The position numbers were made by a program, and so were the translations under genes. Positions 34,424-47,199 of a DNA stretch of 64,000 nucleotides are shown piece after piece (the stretch's first letter is position 1; the number at the start of each line of letters is the position of its first letter). The DNA lies in assembly GCA_030704615.1 (NCBI GenBank), contig CM060732.1, positions 19,840,001 to 19,904,000 on the forward strand, written 5' to 3'. The DNA is from Takakia lepidozioides (taxonomy: Eukaryota > Plantae > Bryophyta). Under the pieces are notes generated by a model. That model saw only the letters and a program-made list of their open reading frames with translations. It ran no database searches and had not been told where the DNA came from.

Positions 34424-37400
34424 GCTGAAGCTCGTTTCTCACGAACTACACCAATCTCTCACAACCCAATTGTAGATATATGTTGTTGCTATGTCTTCAC
34501 AAATGTGACCACCCAAGAGGCATCGGACCGAAGATCACACACGGCCTGCGAGAGCACCAGCGGAGGACGCACTGCTGCAGGTGATGTCGCTCCACTCTTC
34601 CCCGCCAGACGCGCAATCCACAGCATGCTCCTTCCTGGGGTGCGGGTCCTTGTAACTAACTCTGCCATCAAACTCCCCTCCTCACATATATCCACGCGCA
34701 GCTACCATCAACTGCATGCTGTCTCTCCTGAGAACACAAATTGCTTTGGGCAGTCCTTGTAATACTCTCTCTGGGCTACCTAGCAAGGCTAATATCACCT
34801 GCGACTCAACTTGTCCCGTCATCACCGAGTGCATCTTCAATGTCGCAGAAACTGTATCAAATGCGTGTATTTATGAGCTTTGAATGCTGCCTACTTGCCA
34901 CCTCCATTGTCAGCTGCACTGGCCGTAATTTACTAGGGCACTGACTTTGCCAGCTACCCCACAAACTGCACGCCCTGGGTCAAACTGTCAAACCAACCCT
35001 GGTAGAAGAATATCTGCGATCACAGATCCTATACGTCGAGGTGGGCCATGCTAAAAATAAAGGAGGTATCATCAATCTTCATATGAAAGAGCAAGGTTGT
35101 GGCCCAAACAACTCAATTCATGTGTGAAAAGTGACACTTTCTGAGCGACCTTTTTTTTTCTTTTGTTTTAACGAAAGGGCCTTTAAGTCATATTAAAAAG
35201 TTGTCAGCTACCTTATTAGAGTGCCAGCAGCCAAATTGCCTTCTGTTTTTGGTATTGGAAAAAGTTTGGGGGAGTGCCAGTAGCCCCAGGCTCTTGCATC
35301 ATAGCCAGTTGCAGGTCAGAATCATTTTGTTTTCAAAAACTTCCACCTAAGTTATACATTTCTTTGATTTGTTTTCTATGGGACTTTGGCACGGAGTCCT
35401 TCAAAATATAATCCTGACAAGCCCCTCGTAAAAGTTAGGTATGTCATAACTCATATATCATGGCTCTTATGCACAAGTATACGCAAACATAAATTGAATG
35501 TTAAAAAGTATCTGTTATTGGCCTCCTTCAACCACCTTGAAGAAACAACAAGTGGCTAGCCACGACTCTTTTTGAATAGTAGAATCTACCTTCAATCATC
35601 CATAATAAACTTATAAATTCAACCATTTTTTCCCCTAAGGTTGTCCAATAACAGAGATATTACCTGAGGAGGTGTTAGTTGGAGAAGGTACATCATGGAA
35701 CTATTTTGCAGCAAAGGAAAGGAGGTCACACCTAGGGAAGGCACCACAGCAGCTTAGCCATTTTTTATTGCCATTTTTGACAACCAATGCGTCGTCTCCT
35801 CTTTAGAATAAAGAGGAGCCAACAAAGATAAACTTCCTTTGGTAGCACAATGAAAGTGTTGAAGAAATGGGCCCATGCAAGATGACGAAATTTTATTATC
35901 ATTATTATATTTAATGGGAAACACCTGGGAGCGACAGCTCACAAACCAGGTGAGAGGAGAAAATAACCTTTGTCACAGTAACCTCGCCGTGAGGCTTTCC
36001 CATGGCCGCCCAAGGGAAGGGGGAGGAGACATACCACACCGTCAAGGTAGCAGGAGTTAACGCAGATTCATCTTGGTGGCACTCAGTGCTGAGCTAGACT
36101 GTTGGTGAAATTTTGATTTCATTAAATTATGACGGAAAGTACATGCACTTAGGTATTCACGATTTACAAAGCCATTACATGAAGTCTCTCTTCACCTTAA
36201 AAAAATGACCCCTGCCCCCTAGTTTTATAGCAATGTTCCACCATGATTGTGTTAGGTGTGACACTCAAGACTTGACCCACATTTCATCCATCCATTATGT
36301 AAGGACTAAGGACTGCCCTAAAGACATTCAAGCCCTTAAATGTAAGTGGAAACGCCATGGATTTTGCATAACAGAACTGATAGCTTGATACTAGCTAGTC
36401 GTCCGATCACATGGGTGATATGATGGCGAAGAGAATGCACCTGGCTACCCACCAACCTTGCGAGCTGGAACTGTCTCTCATTCAATGCGCCGCTCTCTCC
36501 TTCCCTGTCCTTCCCTGGCTGCCCAGTCTGCACCGCTTATGGATCTGGTCACCAGTCACCAGTCACTTAGTGTTGGATAAAGTTAACTTTACATTTACAT
36601 CTGGGAGGAGGAGGGCGCTCACCCACCTGCCCTAAATATTGAACAGTAGAGTAGTTTAATTGGTGGGTCAATCTCATTCATATTTCCAGACATTGTGATA
36701 TGCCTGTAGAGAGAGGGTAGCATTGCTGGACCGTGAATTGTGATGCAGTTCACATCAAGGCATTTTGGGAGTTCCCCACTGAGTTGGTTCTCTTCGGTTA
36801 TTCCTCCCGCGATTACCTAATCAGATATGGGATGCACGGAGGTATGCGCCAGTATGCCCCCCAGCGACTCCTTGTAAGGGCTGGATTCCGACCTGCTTGC
36901 TTATTGGGCATGAATGAATGACATCGCGGAGGAGATAGGATGGAGGCGCTCATCCATAGTAACGAATGGAGAAGAGGATGAACTTTTCAGCTAGATATAG
37001 ATGAATGAAGACAGTAGCCGTTACGTATTAGGCGCTAGCACAGCTGGCTGTATTTAGTCTAGTTTGTCTTTTAGTTAACAGTTAGATTAGGGATTAGATT
37101 AGGTGATGTAGCCGAAATGAGTGGCTTAGCTGGACAGACATTTGGCTAACCAATGGCAGACAACCATTTGGTCTAGATAGGATTACAGACTTAAGTACTA
37201 TATAAATCAAGCACTGTAATCCTATCTGCATTTTGAGCACAAGTGAGTACTGTATATTGTTGCTGTGACTGATTGTATGTATAAGTGTTTGGACGAATGT
37301 GAGTTGCTAAAGGGCTTTCTAAACAATAGATCCCTTCCTAGTTAGCGGGTCACTGCCTTACTGAGCTACAACCCCCCTATAGGTAATATCGGACTAAAAG

Positions 37401-37427
37401 GGGAATATATCCCCGGCCCCGGAATCT

Positions 37428-37445
37428 TGGTGGAGATGGGGGGCA
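37428..37445 (+). promoter_or_regulatory. Primer binding site, tRNA-Ala type
   Basis: TGGTGGAGATGGGGGGCA is complementary to the ...CATCTCCACCA 3' end typical of eukaryotic tRNA-Ala. Confidence 0.65.
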
Positions 37446-37619
37446 CTGCGAGAAGCCGTTGCTGCTAACGGATGAACTTGTATCATTCTTGTGGCACCTG
37501 TTTTGGCAAAAGATACAAGGTACAAAGAAGAAGCAGGATGGCGGCGCTCTGTGTTCGTGGTTTGTTTCGAATTGTCTCTACCTTGTGCAAACCAGCGAAC
37601 TTTGTATGCGCTGCACGCC

Positions 37620-38601
37620 ATGGCCGCTCCTTCTAGCTCTCAATCTGTTTGTCCAGAGGTCACGCCTGACCTAAATTTTGAGTTAACATTTTTGCATGAA
37701 TTGCGTACCCGCTTGAGTGAGGATATTTGTAAGTACGCTCCTTTTGATGCCAGTGCACCTTGGACAAGGGAGGAGATCGTGCTTGATACTCCATCTAACC
37801 ACTGGTCGCTCAGTTTGAAGCTGAGGCGGTGGAAGAAGCTGCAAAGGTGGTAACGACAGCAGCCCAAAAAAGGGAACAGAAACGGAAGGTGGAGTAAGCT
37901 CTCCAAGGGGCCTGGGCTGGGAAACTTTTACAGGAGTTACACGCGGAGGAAATAGCCAAGAGAATCCCTTTTGCTGTGCTTAAAGAACGCATGCGCGCTG
38001 GCGAGTTGTTCAGATGGGCAGAAGTCGGAGTGCTAAAGTGTACAGTACCTCGTGAGATTGGCCGTGATCTGGAGAGTTTTGCACACCCTCACAAGCCCAG
38101 CCCTCTCAGACTGTGGGAATTCATCGAGGGTGGCACAGTACCAGTCGGAGAGTCAGGCCCCAATCCAGCGAAGGTCTGGTGTTCAAGTTGCATCACTTCA
38201 GGTCATTCCCTACGGCGATTGTCTTTGCCAATCTGCGCTCAGCGGGCACTAAGGCCCCTGACCCTACCTGGGAAGAGGTCGTGGCGGGCGTTCTCGCACA
38301 GCGATTCTCACATTCAGCGGAGGACATCGTCATATTTCCTGGCAAAAGTTTCAAGTTTGAACGCATAGGGCTGACACAAATTGATGAGGTGGCTGAGTAC
38401 CCTCCTCACACACTGGTGGTCAAAGAGAATATTGTGCGCACCATTGTGAAGGTCTCCTTTTGGCTTAAGACTGACCGTGAGGTTTGGCAGCAATGGGGGG
38501 AGGCAGTTTATCTTTTGCCCAAGCATAAGTACATCAGCAGCCACTGTGTGGCTAACTGGGAAGATTATATACAGGCCCCTTTTGATAGAAGGTACTCTTA
38601 A
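37620..38601 (+). pseudogene. Pre-gag ORF of unknown function (frameshifted)
   Basis: Overlapping ORFs 37491-37853, 37976-38368 and 38113-38601. The C-terminal part shares a motif with ORF 48278-49027. Confidence 0.45.
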
Positions 38602-38610
38602 ACCCTTCCC

Positions 38611-39825
38611 ATGCCAGTTTACAAGTCTAGGTCTATGTTGGACAAAGAGGCTGAGGAAATGGTAGCTGGTCTAAGTGAATTAGAGGCTCTTCGAGATAGA
38701 GAAATGGCTGCTGAGCAGCATAAGGACACACAAGGTGAGACCTCCGTGGGTAATGTCAAAACTGACAAAGAAAATGTTGTGCCAGACTCTACTTTAGATG
38801 TAGAGGAACTTTGTGAGGCCATGGGTGTGGTGTCCAATTGTCCACCTTTAATGAAAATGTTGATTCAGCAGAACACCTCTGTATCTACCGCCAGTAAGCC
38901 CCCTGACTATGCAGAGAAAATGCACAAACAACCCTATCCCGACTTCAACCTAGGAGATGACTTTGAATCATTCTTGGAATTTTTTGACATCAATCGTGAG
39001 ATCAATTCTGTTCCATCTAGGTTTGTTGTGAGGGCGTTCCGGGTGTGCTTGAAAGGTGAAGCCCGAAAAATCTTTGAGTCCAGTATCAAGGGCAAAAGTG
39101 AGCTTCCTTGGGAGGAAGCCAAGGCTTTGGCAGGCCGCTTGTTTCGAGAGGCTAAGCCCATAGCTTACACAGTGCCCAAACTAACCTTTGTTCCTGGTGA
39201 CAGTTTGTGGAAATATTACACTGACCTTCGCACGGCAGTTTGTAAGGCTGTGGATGACCCCATTGAACGATCAGCTACCCTTAAACACTGTTTTATCAAG
39301 GGCCTGCCACCAGCTGAAAGAGTCTTTTTGCAAAAACAACATTATCATCATGAAGACGAAATGATGGGACTGTTGGAAGAAAGGCTTAGACTAAAAGCTG
39401 CCAAGAGTGGCGTGCCTCATTCATCCCCCACCAAGGCAACCCACTTTTTGGCTAGCTCTGGCGGTACTAACATTGCTGATGTTCATGAAGGGGAAGCCTT
39501 GCAGAGAGGAGCTGCTTCCTGCCATAGTCCAGCAGCTGCACCAGTTTCGCAATGAGGTCCAAGACCAACTTCTAAGAGTGAGGTAAACTGGCGGGCTTTG
39601 AATGCTGACTCAAAAGACCCTGAAGGTTAATGTAACAAGTCCACTGCCTTGCGTGGAAAACCTCCAACAGGTCCAAGGTATGTGAACCAGGCTTCCCTGC
39701 CTGCTTGCATGATTTGCAAATCTACTGAGCACTACACCAGATGGTGTCCCTTTCAGTCAGATTTACCAGCTCTGATTGAACAGCTCAAAGAGAAAAAGGG
39801 TTTAAACGACGGAGATTGTCTGTAA
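38611..39825 (+). pseudogene. Retrotransposon gag
   Basis: FESFLEFF..LKGEARKIF..W..CFIKGLP. The frame continues through two premature stops (39553, ~39628) to a CX2CX4HX4C knuckle and TAA at 39823-39825. Confidence 0.8.
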
Positions 39826-39840
39826 GGGTGCCAGGCGATC
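39798..39840 (+). promoter_or_regulatory. Putative -1 programmed ribosomal frameshift signal (gag/pol)
   Basis: G GGT TTA AAC in the gag frame, 6-nt spacer, 9-bp stem GATTGTCTG/CAGGCGATC. Confidence 0.7.
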
Positions 39841-40029
39841 ACAATTTGAACCCAAAAACTGTGAGTGCAGCTACGGCGTGAGCCTAGCCGCGGGAGCCCA
39901 GGAGCTCGGCTCACGCTTTGCCCTCTAAGCGTGAGTCCAAGGGTTTAGTGGAGGAAGAAGCAGGCCCCATACCCGAGTCCTCTGTATAGAGAGGGTCTTA
40001 TTGTCGTGGAAGCAGTTATAGCGCTTAAA

Positions 40030-41470
40030 AAAAGAGGTATAGAAATAATGGAATGGTCATTGTGAAACTTACTGAGGTTTTCTTATTGAAGAAGAGGTGA
40101 AAAAAAAAGGCTGGGTGAGTCATCATGAATCTTACTTGGGGATTCTTGCATGAACAAGGGGGAAGAAAAGTTTGGATGCTCATTAAAATTTGGATGCTCA
40201 TTGTCAAGCTATCTGACGTTTCCAGTATTTCATCCATGGTGGATGGATGATGGATGGATGAAATATTGAAGGTGAGGTTTAAAATAATGAGGATGGGCAA
40301 GAACAGGCCCCAAAATATGACCACTCATTGTGAAACAGGCAATGGTTTTTATTAATGTAGATGAGGTGAAAATTTAACAGATGACCATCGTTAAGCTTAT
40401 TTAGGCTTTGTTTGTGAAGAAGATGTGTAACAAAATGAGCGGTTAATTGTGGAACTTGTTCAGGTTTGTGTTATTGAAGATGAGGTGAAAAAAAATAACA
40501 TGGTCATTGTGATTACTTATTTAGGGTGTCTTTGTGAAGAAGAGGTTAAAAAAAACATTGAGCTATCCTTGTGAAACTTGTTTAGGATTCTGTTATTGAA
40601 GAAGAGGTGAAAAAAAAATCAGATGGTCATTATGAATGCTTATATAAGGTTTGTTTGTGAAGAAGAGGTGAAAATAAAAATTAAGCTCTATCATTGTCAA
40701 ACTTGTTCAAGTTTCTGTTATTGAAGAAGAGGTGAAAAAAGAAATCAGATGGTCATTATGAATGTTTATTTACGGTTTGTTTGTGAAGAAGAGGTGAAAA
40801 AATTGAGCTCTCATTCTCAAACTTGTGAAGGTTTCTGTTATTGAAGAAGAGGTGAAAAAATATTAGATGGTCATCATGAATGCTCATTTAGGGTTTGATT
40901 GTGAAGAAGAGGTGAAAAAAAGGTTGAGCTCTATCATTGTCAAACTTCTTCAGGTTTCTCTTATTGAAGAAGAGGTGAAAAAAAAACCGGATGGTCATCA
41001 TGAATGCTTATTTAGGGAATAAATTAGGGATTGTTTGTGAGGAAGAGTTGAAAAAAAAACTTGAGCTTTAAGGTTTGTTTGTAAAGAAGAGGTGAAAAAA
41101 ATTGAGCTCTATCATTGTCAATCTTGTTCAGGTTTCTGTTGATGAAAAAGAGGTGAAAAAAAAAATCAGATGGTCATCATGAATAAATTAGGGATTGTTT
41201 GTGAAGAAGAGGTGAAAAAAAAACTTGAGCTCTATCATTGTCAAACTTTTTGAAGTTTTTCTTATTGAAGAAGAGGTGAAAAAAAAAGCATGTGGTCATC
41301 ATGAATGCTTATTTAGGGTTTGTTTGTATAGAGGACGCGGAAAACAAATGAGCTGTCATTGTGAAACTTGTTCAGGTGCCTGTTATTCAAGAAGAAGTGG
41401 AAAAAAAAATAGATGGTCGTCGTGAAGCTCATATGCAATGCTTCTGTAGAGGCCGTGAAAAAATAAAATG
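40030..41470. repeat. Subterminal tandem satellite, ~60-bp monomers alternating as ~120-bp dimers
   Basis: More than 20 copies of GAAGAAGAGGTGAAAAAA followed alternately by ..GATGGTCATCATGAATGCTTA.. and ..TTGAGCTCTATCATTGTCAAACTTG.. Confidence 0.9.
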
Positions 41471-41786
41471 AGCTTTCATACTGACACTTGTCCATGTTTG
41501 GCAGGCCCGCGAACAAAAAAAAAACATTTTTTATATTTTATATTTTTTATATTTTTGCCCGGGGCAATATTAGGGGTGGGGGCAGAAGTGGTGTGTGTTG
41601 ACGTACTCAATTTTAGAGGCTCGTTAACCAAACCCGATGAAAAAATAAACTACCTTTCATAATGAGACATTGTCTGCTCGTCCAGATTGAAGAACTGTGT
41701 ATACATGTTCTATAACAAGGCAGCCCTTTCCGACATTGTGAAAAATCGCAACATATGCGACATTACTCGATATTGCCAATGTTTCA

Positions 41787-44243
41787 TTACAAAAGTGTCC
41801 GTACCTCATCAGTACCTAGTGTCGTCTGGTGAATGATTTGGTCTCTTTTGGGATCACAATACATCCTGCGCAAAAAGATGTAGTAAAGATGCTTGCAGGG
41901 GACCCATTTCCCTCTCTTTCCTAGAGCTTCCTCACGCATGCACATGAAGTCGGGACAGGTACACCCCGGAAAATTTCCCACCGTTACCTGATAGGCCCTG
42001 TCGCGCAAAACAGACCCAGATGTGACCAAAGTATAAACTCGTCTATACCCAGGTGAAGGTACTTCCATAGTTCATGTTACTCGAGCCTGAAGTAATCTGG
42101 CCGATTCCACCTTCGCATCGTGATCAGGCTCTGAAGCCACGCGATGCACTGTTTTGCCATTCCTTCTCGTGGGATGCGAAGTATCGTCTGGAGGAGGCAC
42201 CATAGCAACAAGGCCACCAAGAGTCGACGCCATAGATCGATGCAGACGAAAGCCGGCGTCCTCCAACTTGTCAATCTCCAGTGCTGTTAAGGAGGTTCCC
42301 AGCCGCACTGGCCAAATGGTGGGTGGGGGAGGCTTAGCAATGCAGGAGTTGCGGACGGTACCATTTACACAGCGAGCCATATCGTCCGGGCAAAACCAGA
42401 ATTTGTGCGTCTTTGACTCCTTTGACATATATGGCCGAATCAAACCTGTGAACGTCGGAGCTGGAGTACCCGCTGAGCCTTTGGCTATCCTGTACTTACA
42501 CTTTTCGTAACTAATGGCCCTCACTGCAGCGCAGCCAATTCTAGACCCTGGAGTAGTTCGCTCGATGTGTCATTCGGAGTCAGCACAAGGTGACTCCTGC
42601 ACTGCCCCCATGTGGTCCTGCTGGAAACCCGCAATTATAGGGGTTGTAGGTAGAGGACAGGTCTTTGTGGAAGAGGATGCACCAGCAGCCTCTTTCCTAC
42701 TGGACGCCATGCTTTGTAGTGGAGAAATCTTGGGTACAGAGAAGTTGTCTCTGTCACGGCGATGTGAATCCCCATCTGATCCTGGAGGTGTATTTAGCTT
42801 GCGTTTGCAAGTCCCAAACCTTTCCTCTCCTTCCAGATGGGGCTCCCTTGATTGGAGAGGTGAGCCCATTGTGCACCTGTTCACTGCCTTTGCCATCTTC
42901 GTTGGATCCCCGAACCTTCTTGCAGCCCTCAGCATCAACTCTGCTGTATCTGGTCCCTTGCCCCCACATCGCCCCCTAAGAAAGTCACGATATGTTGTTT
43001 GTTGGGTTAGAGCTCGTACCAGATCATCTGTTGTAGCAATGTACAAATCTCTTCGTGCTTTGCCAGATTGCTGCTTCCAGCCGGCGTGAACGCTTTCTGC
43101 CAGGTTGCAGGATGGCATGTCCGCAATGGCCTCAAGGGACATGTCCTGTGAAAGGAAAATGAAAGAGCGTCATTCATGCAAGCGTGGACTATACTGGGAA
43201 CAAAGAAAGAAACTAGGCACATACAAGGGATTGCAGAGGTGAAAGGCAGCTTACAATAGTCATGAAAGCCCCCCATTGCCTGTATTTGAAGTGCCAGAAG
43301 ACCAACCAGTCTTCCAACTCTTTGACACCGTCCTGATCAGTAGCCCCTGACGAGAACCACCATGCTCTCACTGTCTAGTACATGGTCTCAGCCTCTTCCA
43401 TTGTAGTCGCATTCTTGTACATGAAGCAGAGCCTCATGTGCTCCGCCTGCAGATCTCTTCTGATGCACCTCTTTGTATGTTTCTGCAGGGACTGAGTCCA
43501 GTGGAATAGACATGTGCGCTCCCTATTAGGCATGGGTACCTTTGGATCACCAGACCCAAAAACTCGGCGCACAGCGTTGAAGTTAGTCTGTGCACTATCC
43601 GCCATAAACCCGTTGAAATTTATGCCTATATGTCCATTGGACTCCATGACTGAAAACAAACAATTCCACATTATCATCTAGGACTCTGTATCTTCAGACT
43701 GCATATCACAGATAACAATTGTCATTCTTCTTTGGTAGTTCGGGTCGTAAACATGGCAAGACATGGTTGTCCAGCCCTTCACTCGTTTGCAATGATCGAA
43801 CATCATCCGGGCTTTCTCCAGATCCCCCCCTGGTTGCATACGTCTGGCCAGGCTGACACCACTGCCCTCGCCCACCGTAGACATCTTGAACAAGTAAACC
43901 TTTGAAGACCCCTGACCAGGGAAGACGCTAGATTGGATAAAGTCATATTGACTTATTCGCTTGAGCTCCATAATGCTGTTGATGGACCCTGTGTTTCCAC
44001 CGCGCACTCTCAATGCATTCACCTGATTCCTAATATTGGGGGAGCTCAACACGGAGAAGTGATCCATCACTGCATCCAAAGACGCCCCCTCAAGTCTTGA
44101 GCTGGATTCGCTTCCTTGCCCAGAATGTGCCTCTCTAGGAAACTTTTGCTGGCAGCCAGCGCTATGGCAGATGGTTTGGCTGAAGGGGACTTTGCAAACT
44201 CCTCCACGACAAGCCCACGCGCCAACTCCACACTATCTCTGCA
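41787..44243 (-). pseudogene. MULE transposase, copy 3 (5'-truncated; intron 43146-43254)
   Basis: MMFDHCKRV, FMADSAQTN, CLFHW, CNLAESVHAGW, CTCPDF..CKH; in-frame stops. Confidence 0.88.
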
Positions 44244-45735
44244 GCGGAAACAAGCTGGACGACATAATAAAAGGCATTGAATAAAGGATGGATGAACGTA
44301 CAGTTGGATGATAAACAGATGGATGAGTGTGAAAAATGAATGTAGATGGATGAATGAGGGATGGATAAGAATAAAATGGATGAATGTATAATGGATGTTG
44401 AGCAATGACAAAAATTCATGACAGGAAGATGCATGACCAAATCTTTTGACGAATGCACAACGTATATGAAATGAGTGTGGAAGGTTTGTGGGGTGGATTA
44501 AAGAGTACAGAGGATGAATGTACAATGGATGTTGTACAAAGGAAAAAATTCATGAATGGAGCACGAATGAATACAGTGTAGATAAATGCACAATGGATAT
44601 GAGAAGAGTCAGGGAGGTTTGTGAGATGGATTCATACATATTGCAATTTAAACGAAAGTTGATTCAGTGATTATTATTTGTTCTAAAGGAACAACTACGG
44701 TGGAGGAAGGGGATTCAACGTTTTCCAGATAATATGGAAATGAATATTAAAAGAATACAGTTCAGTCTGACTCAGAGTCAGTACAATGTATCCCCGCTTC
44801 CTCTGCATCTAAGTCTAAGTATTTTAGAACACCGGATCCACGCTGGATACACCTACGGCTGGCCACTAAAAAGTCAGGGGATAGGGACTTGGCCGCGTGA
44901 AGTGCCATTGTTTCGGCATAAACAGGAAGCAGAAAATTGGAAAGGGGGCTGTCGAAAACAGACTCGCCAGAAATGACTGTATCTCCTGAAGATCCACCGC
45001 TGTCTTTCCTGAAAGACAGCCTGAAAAAGTTATTACTGTAACTTTGATGTTATCGAGAAATTGAGTATGACTCCCAAAGAGGGTTTAGAACTTACTCACA
45101 TGAAAAGTCGTTGTCGACCTGCTTATCTTCGGGATCGTCATCATTTCGAATTTGAATCCGATCAGTCTGTGTGCCTGAAGTGGAGCCAGACAAAAGGGGA
45201 GGAGCACTGTGTTGTAGAGGTCAGAATCACCCTCCATGCCAAAAAGGCTTCTTCCGCCTGTCTTGCATGCATGGTAAATTGCTCCTGCACCAGACAGGAG
45301 AACATGAACAGTTTGGAGGGGGGGATTTAAGCAGATGAAACTGTTGAAAGGAAACCAATTCGGAAGGGAAAAAACGAACATGTGGACACAGAAAGATCGA
45401 CCACCCGTGCAGAGCGGTGGCTGCATGACTCCAGCAGTATTTGCATGAACGCTGGTGACTTTTTCCTTTGCACCTCTCCAGGGAGTGCCATCTGGTCTCT
45501 TTAGAGTCTGACTGGACTGCATGAAGTTGTACAAAATGTCATCGACATGGGGCTCATAGGGGGGGTTGACGAAACAACCCTGGTCAGAAATCTCAAAGCT
45601 GCGGATGGCGGATGGTGTCTTTGAGGTGCGAATCCTCCGCAGGCAGATCGCCTCGAACATCCTCGTCTGGCAAAGATAGCAGGTTAGTGTGGTAAACACA
45701 ATCTATAGTGGAAGTGTGTACATCGGCTATTCAGA

Positions 45736-46093
45736 TGTCAAGTTAAATAAGCACAGTGTGAAAACAGCTAGAATAAAACTAGTTATTTGTATTTAACACT
45801 TGGATTTAGGTCAAGTGTTAAATCAGGTGTCAAGTTTAGTTTTGACACCTGGTCTGTCTTATCTTCACGAGAGCGGCAGTCGCGCAGCTCATCTCTCTCG
45901 AGTTGAGCCTGCGCGACCGAGCTCCTGCATCGTTTAGGACTGAGTGTGCTCATGATGGGAGTGTAGGTTGTTGTGGGGTGGAGTCCCCACAGCTTGGGGT
46001 GCCCCTGGCTCGACTTCTGTTTTAAAGAGTGATAGCGATGGATTTCATATTTCTTGTGTTGGGAGTGTGTGTGTCCTTTTAGCTTTCTTATCA
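45736..46093 (+). repeat. Terminal repeat A1 (358 bp)
   Basis: Matches 57225-57582; one mismatch seen (CCCCAC/CCCCAT). Confidence 0.95.
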
Positions 46094-46111
46094 CTCGAGA
46101 GAGATGAGCTG
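46093..46111 (+). promoter_or_regulatory. Self-complementary primer-binding site (Tf1-type self-priming candidate)
   Basis: ACTCGAGAGAGATGAGCTG is the exact reverse complement of 45885-45903 inside repeat A; no TGG tRNA PBS at this position. Confidence 0.7.
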
Positions 46112-47199
46112 TATCTAGTTTTCTTGTAGTGCTAAGCTAGATAGAGTTCTTTTATGTTAGCACTATGTCAATGGTCGAGGTGAAGAGAGCGGCATGCTTG
46201 ATGACAACGTGGTTCTCCAACTCGTTATAAGCTATACCAAGCTCGTCCAAGAAGTGTTTTCCGTTTTGTTGTTGTTGCACAGGAGCGATGTATTTTGGAG
46301 GAAGTTGATTTGGGGGGGGAGCAGAAGAATGTGTTCACCATAACCTATGATTGAAAGGGGAAGACGAGATTCCACGCTTGCAAGCTACCTGCAGAAGCAA
46401 GCTGCGATCTAGTTCGAGTGCGAGGTTCTGAGGACAGACCTCGATCACAATGATCTTGTCGAAAGGCTGTGCAGGGTAAAGGATCCATAGCTACTTGGAC
46501 GAAGGTCCTGAAACCACTGTCGTATAGCAGCTGGTAGGGTTTCTCTCGTTGCCAGTTGTAGGAGGGTGGTAAACACGAGCTCCAGAAATAGCTCCCCGCT
46601 TGAGCCAGAATTCCACCAAAAGAAAACGGGTTGAAAGACTGAGCTGCATGCCATCCGTGCAGCGGGGGAGTACGGTGGCAGACACCTTGGCTTGGTGGGC
46701 AGATCATAATCGTATGTTCGAAGCGCAAACAGGCAGTAGCGTTGAAGGCCAAGCTCCCGTTCACAGTGTCCGTCATGGCTGCAGGGAAAAACATCCGGAA
46801 AGCTCCTACACAGGGTTCTAAGAAGGGTTGTATGAGCAATTGATATAGAAAGGGGGACCTGCAGGCTGAGGGTGAGCAGATTTCCCCAGTAACTGCACTT
46901 GTCGCCTTTGATGAAAAACCCAATGGCTTGGACCTTGCTGCTGCTGAGGTGGTGCATGTTGGAAGAGGTGCCTGCCGTCAATTTGTGAAGGAGTTTTTCT
47001 TGCTGCGCTTCCTTTGCGCGAGCTGCAGATTGACATCAAGAAGGGGCTGCTTGGCAAGGTCCCATTGCACCAGCGGCTGCAGATTGAGTTCCACTTTACT
47101 GAGGCAATCGCGAATTCCTGCAGTTTGGTTTTGTTTGGTTTTGTGAAGACACAAAATGCCGACTCCAGCTGGAACGGGCAGTATCGGCCAGCCAAGGTA

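Larger units (their letters stand above)
36694..39867 (+). mobile_element. 5' part of a Gypsy-type LTR retrotransposon (LTR, PBS, upstream ORF, gag), cut off by MULE copy 3
   Basis: TATATAAAT at ~37199, tRNA-type PBS at 37428, gag with CMICKSTEHYTRWC knuckle and a frameshift site. LTR start is uncertain. Confidence 0.7.
39868..44243 (-). mobile_element. MULE copy 3 (3' half of transposase, subterminal satellite and terminus)
   Basis: Terminus CAGCTACGGCGTGAGCC matches the copy 1 end; fused to the truncated end of copy 4 at ~44243. Confidence 0.8.

Noticed and set aside
35674-36061. Possible solo LTR (TGTTAG...TTAACG)
   Set aside because: Imperfect terminus, no matching TSD and no second copy in the window.
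45783-46094. Identical 103-aa minus-strand ORFs at 45783-46094 and 57272-57583
   Set aside because: By-product of the duplicated terminal repeat A; no protein features.
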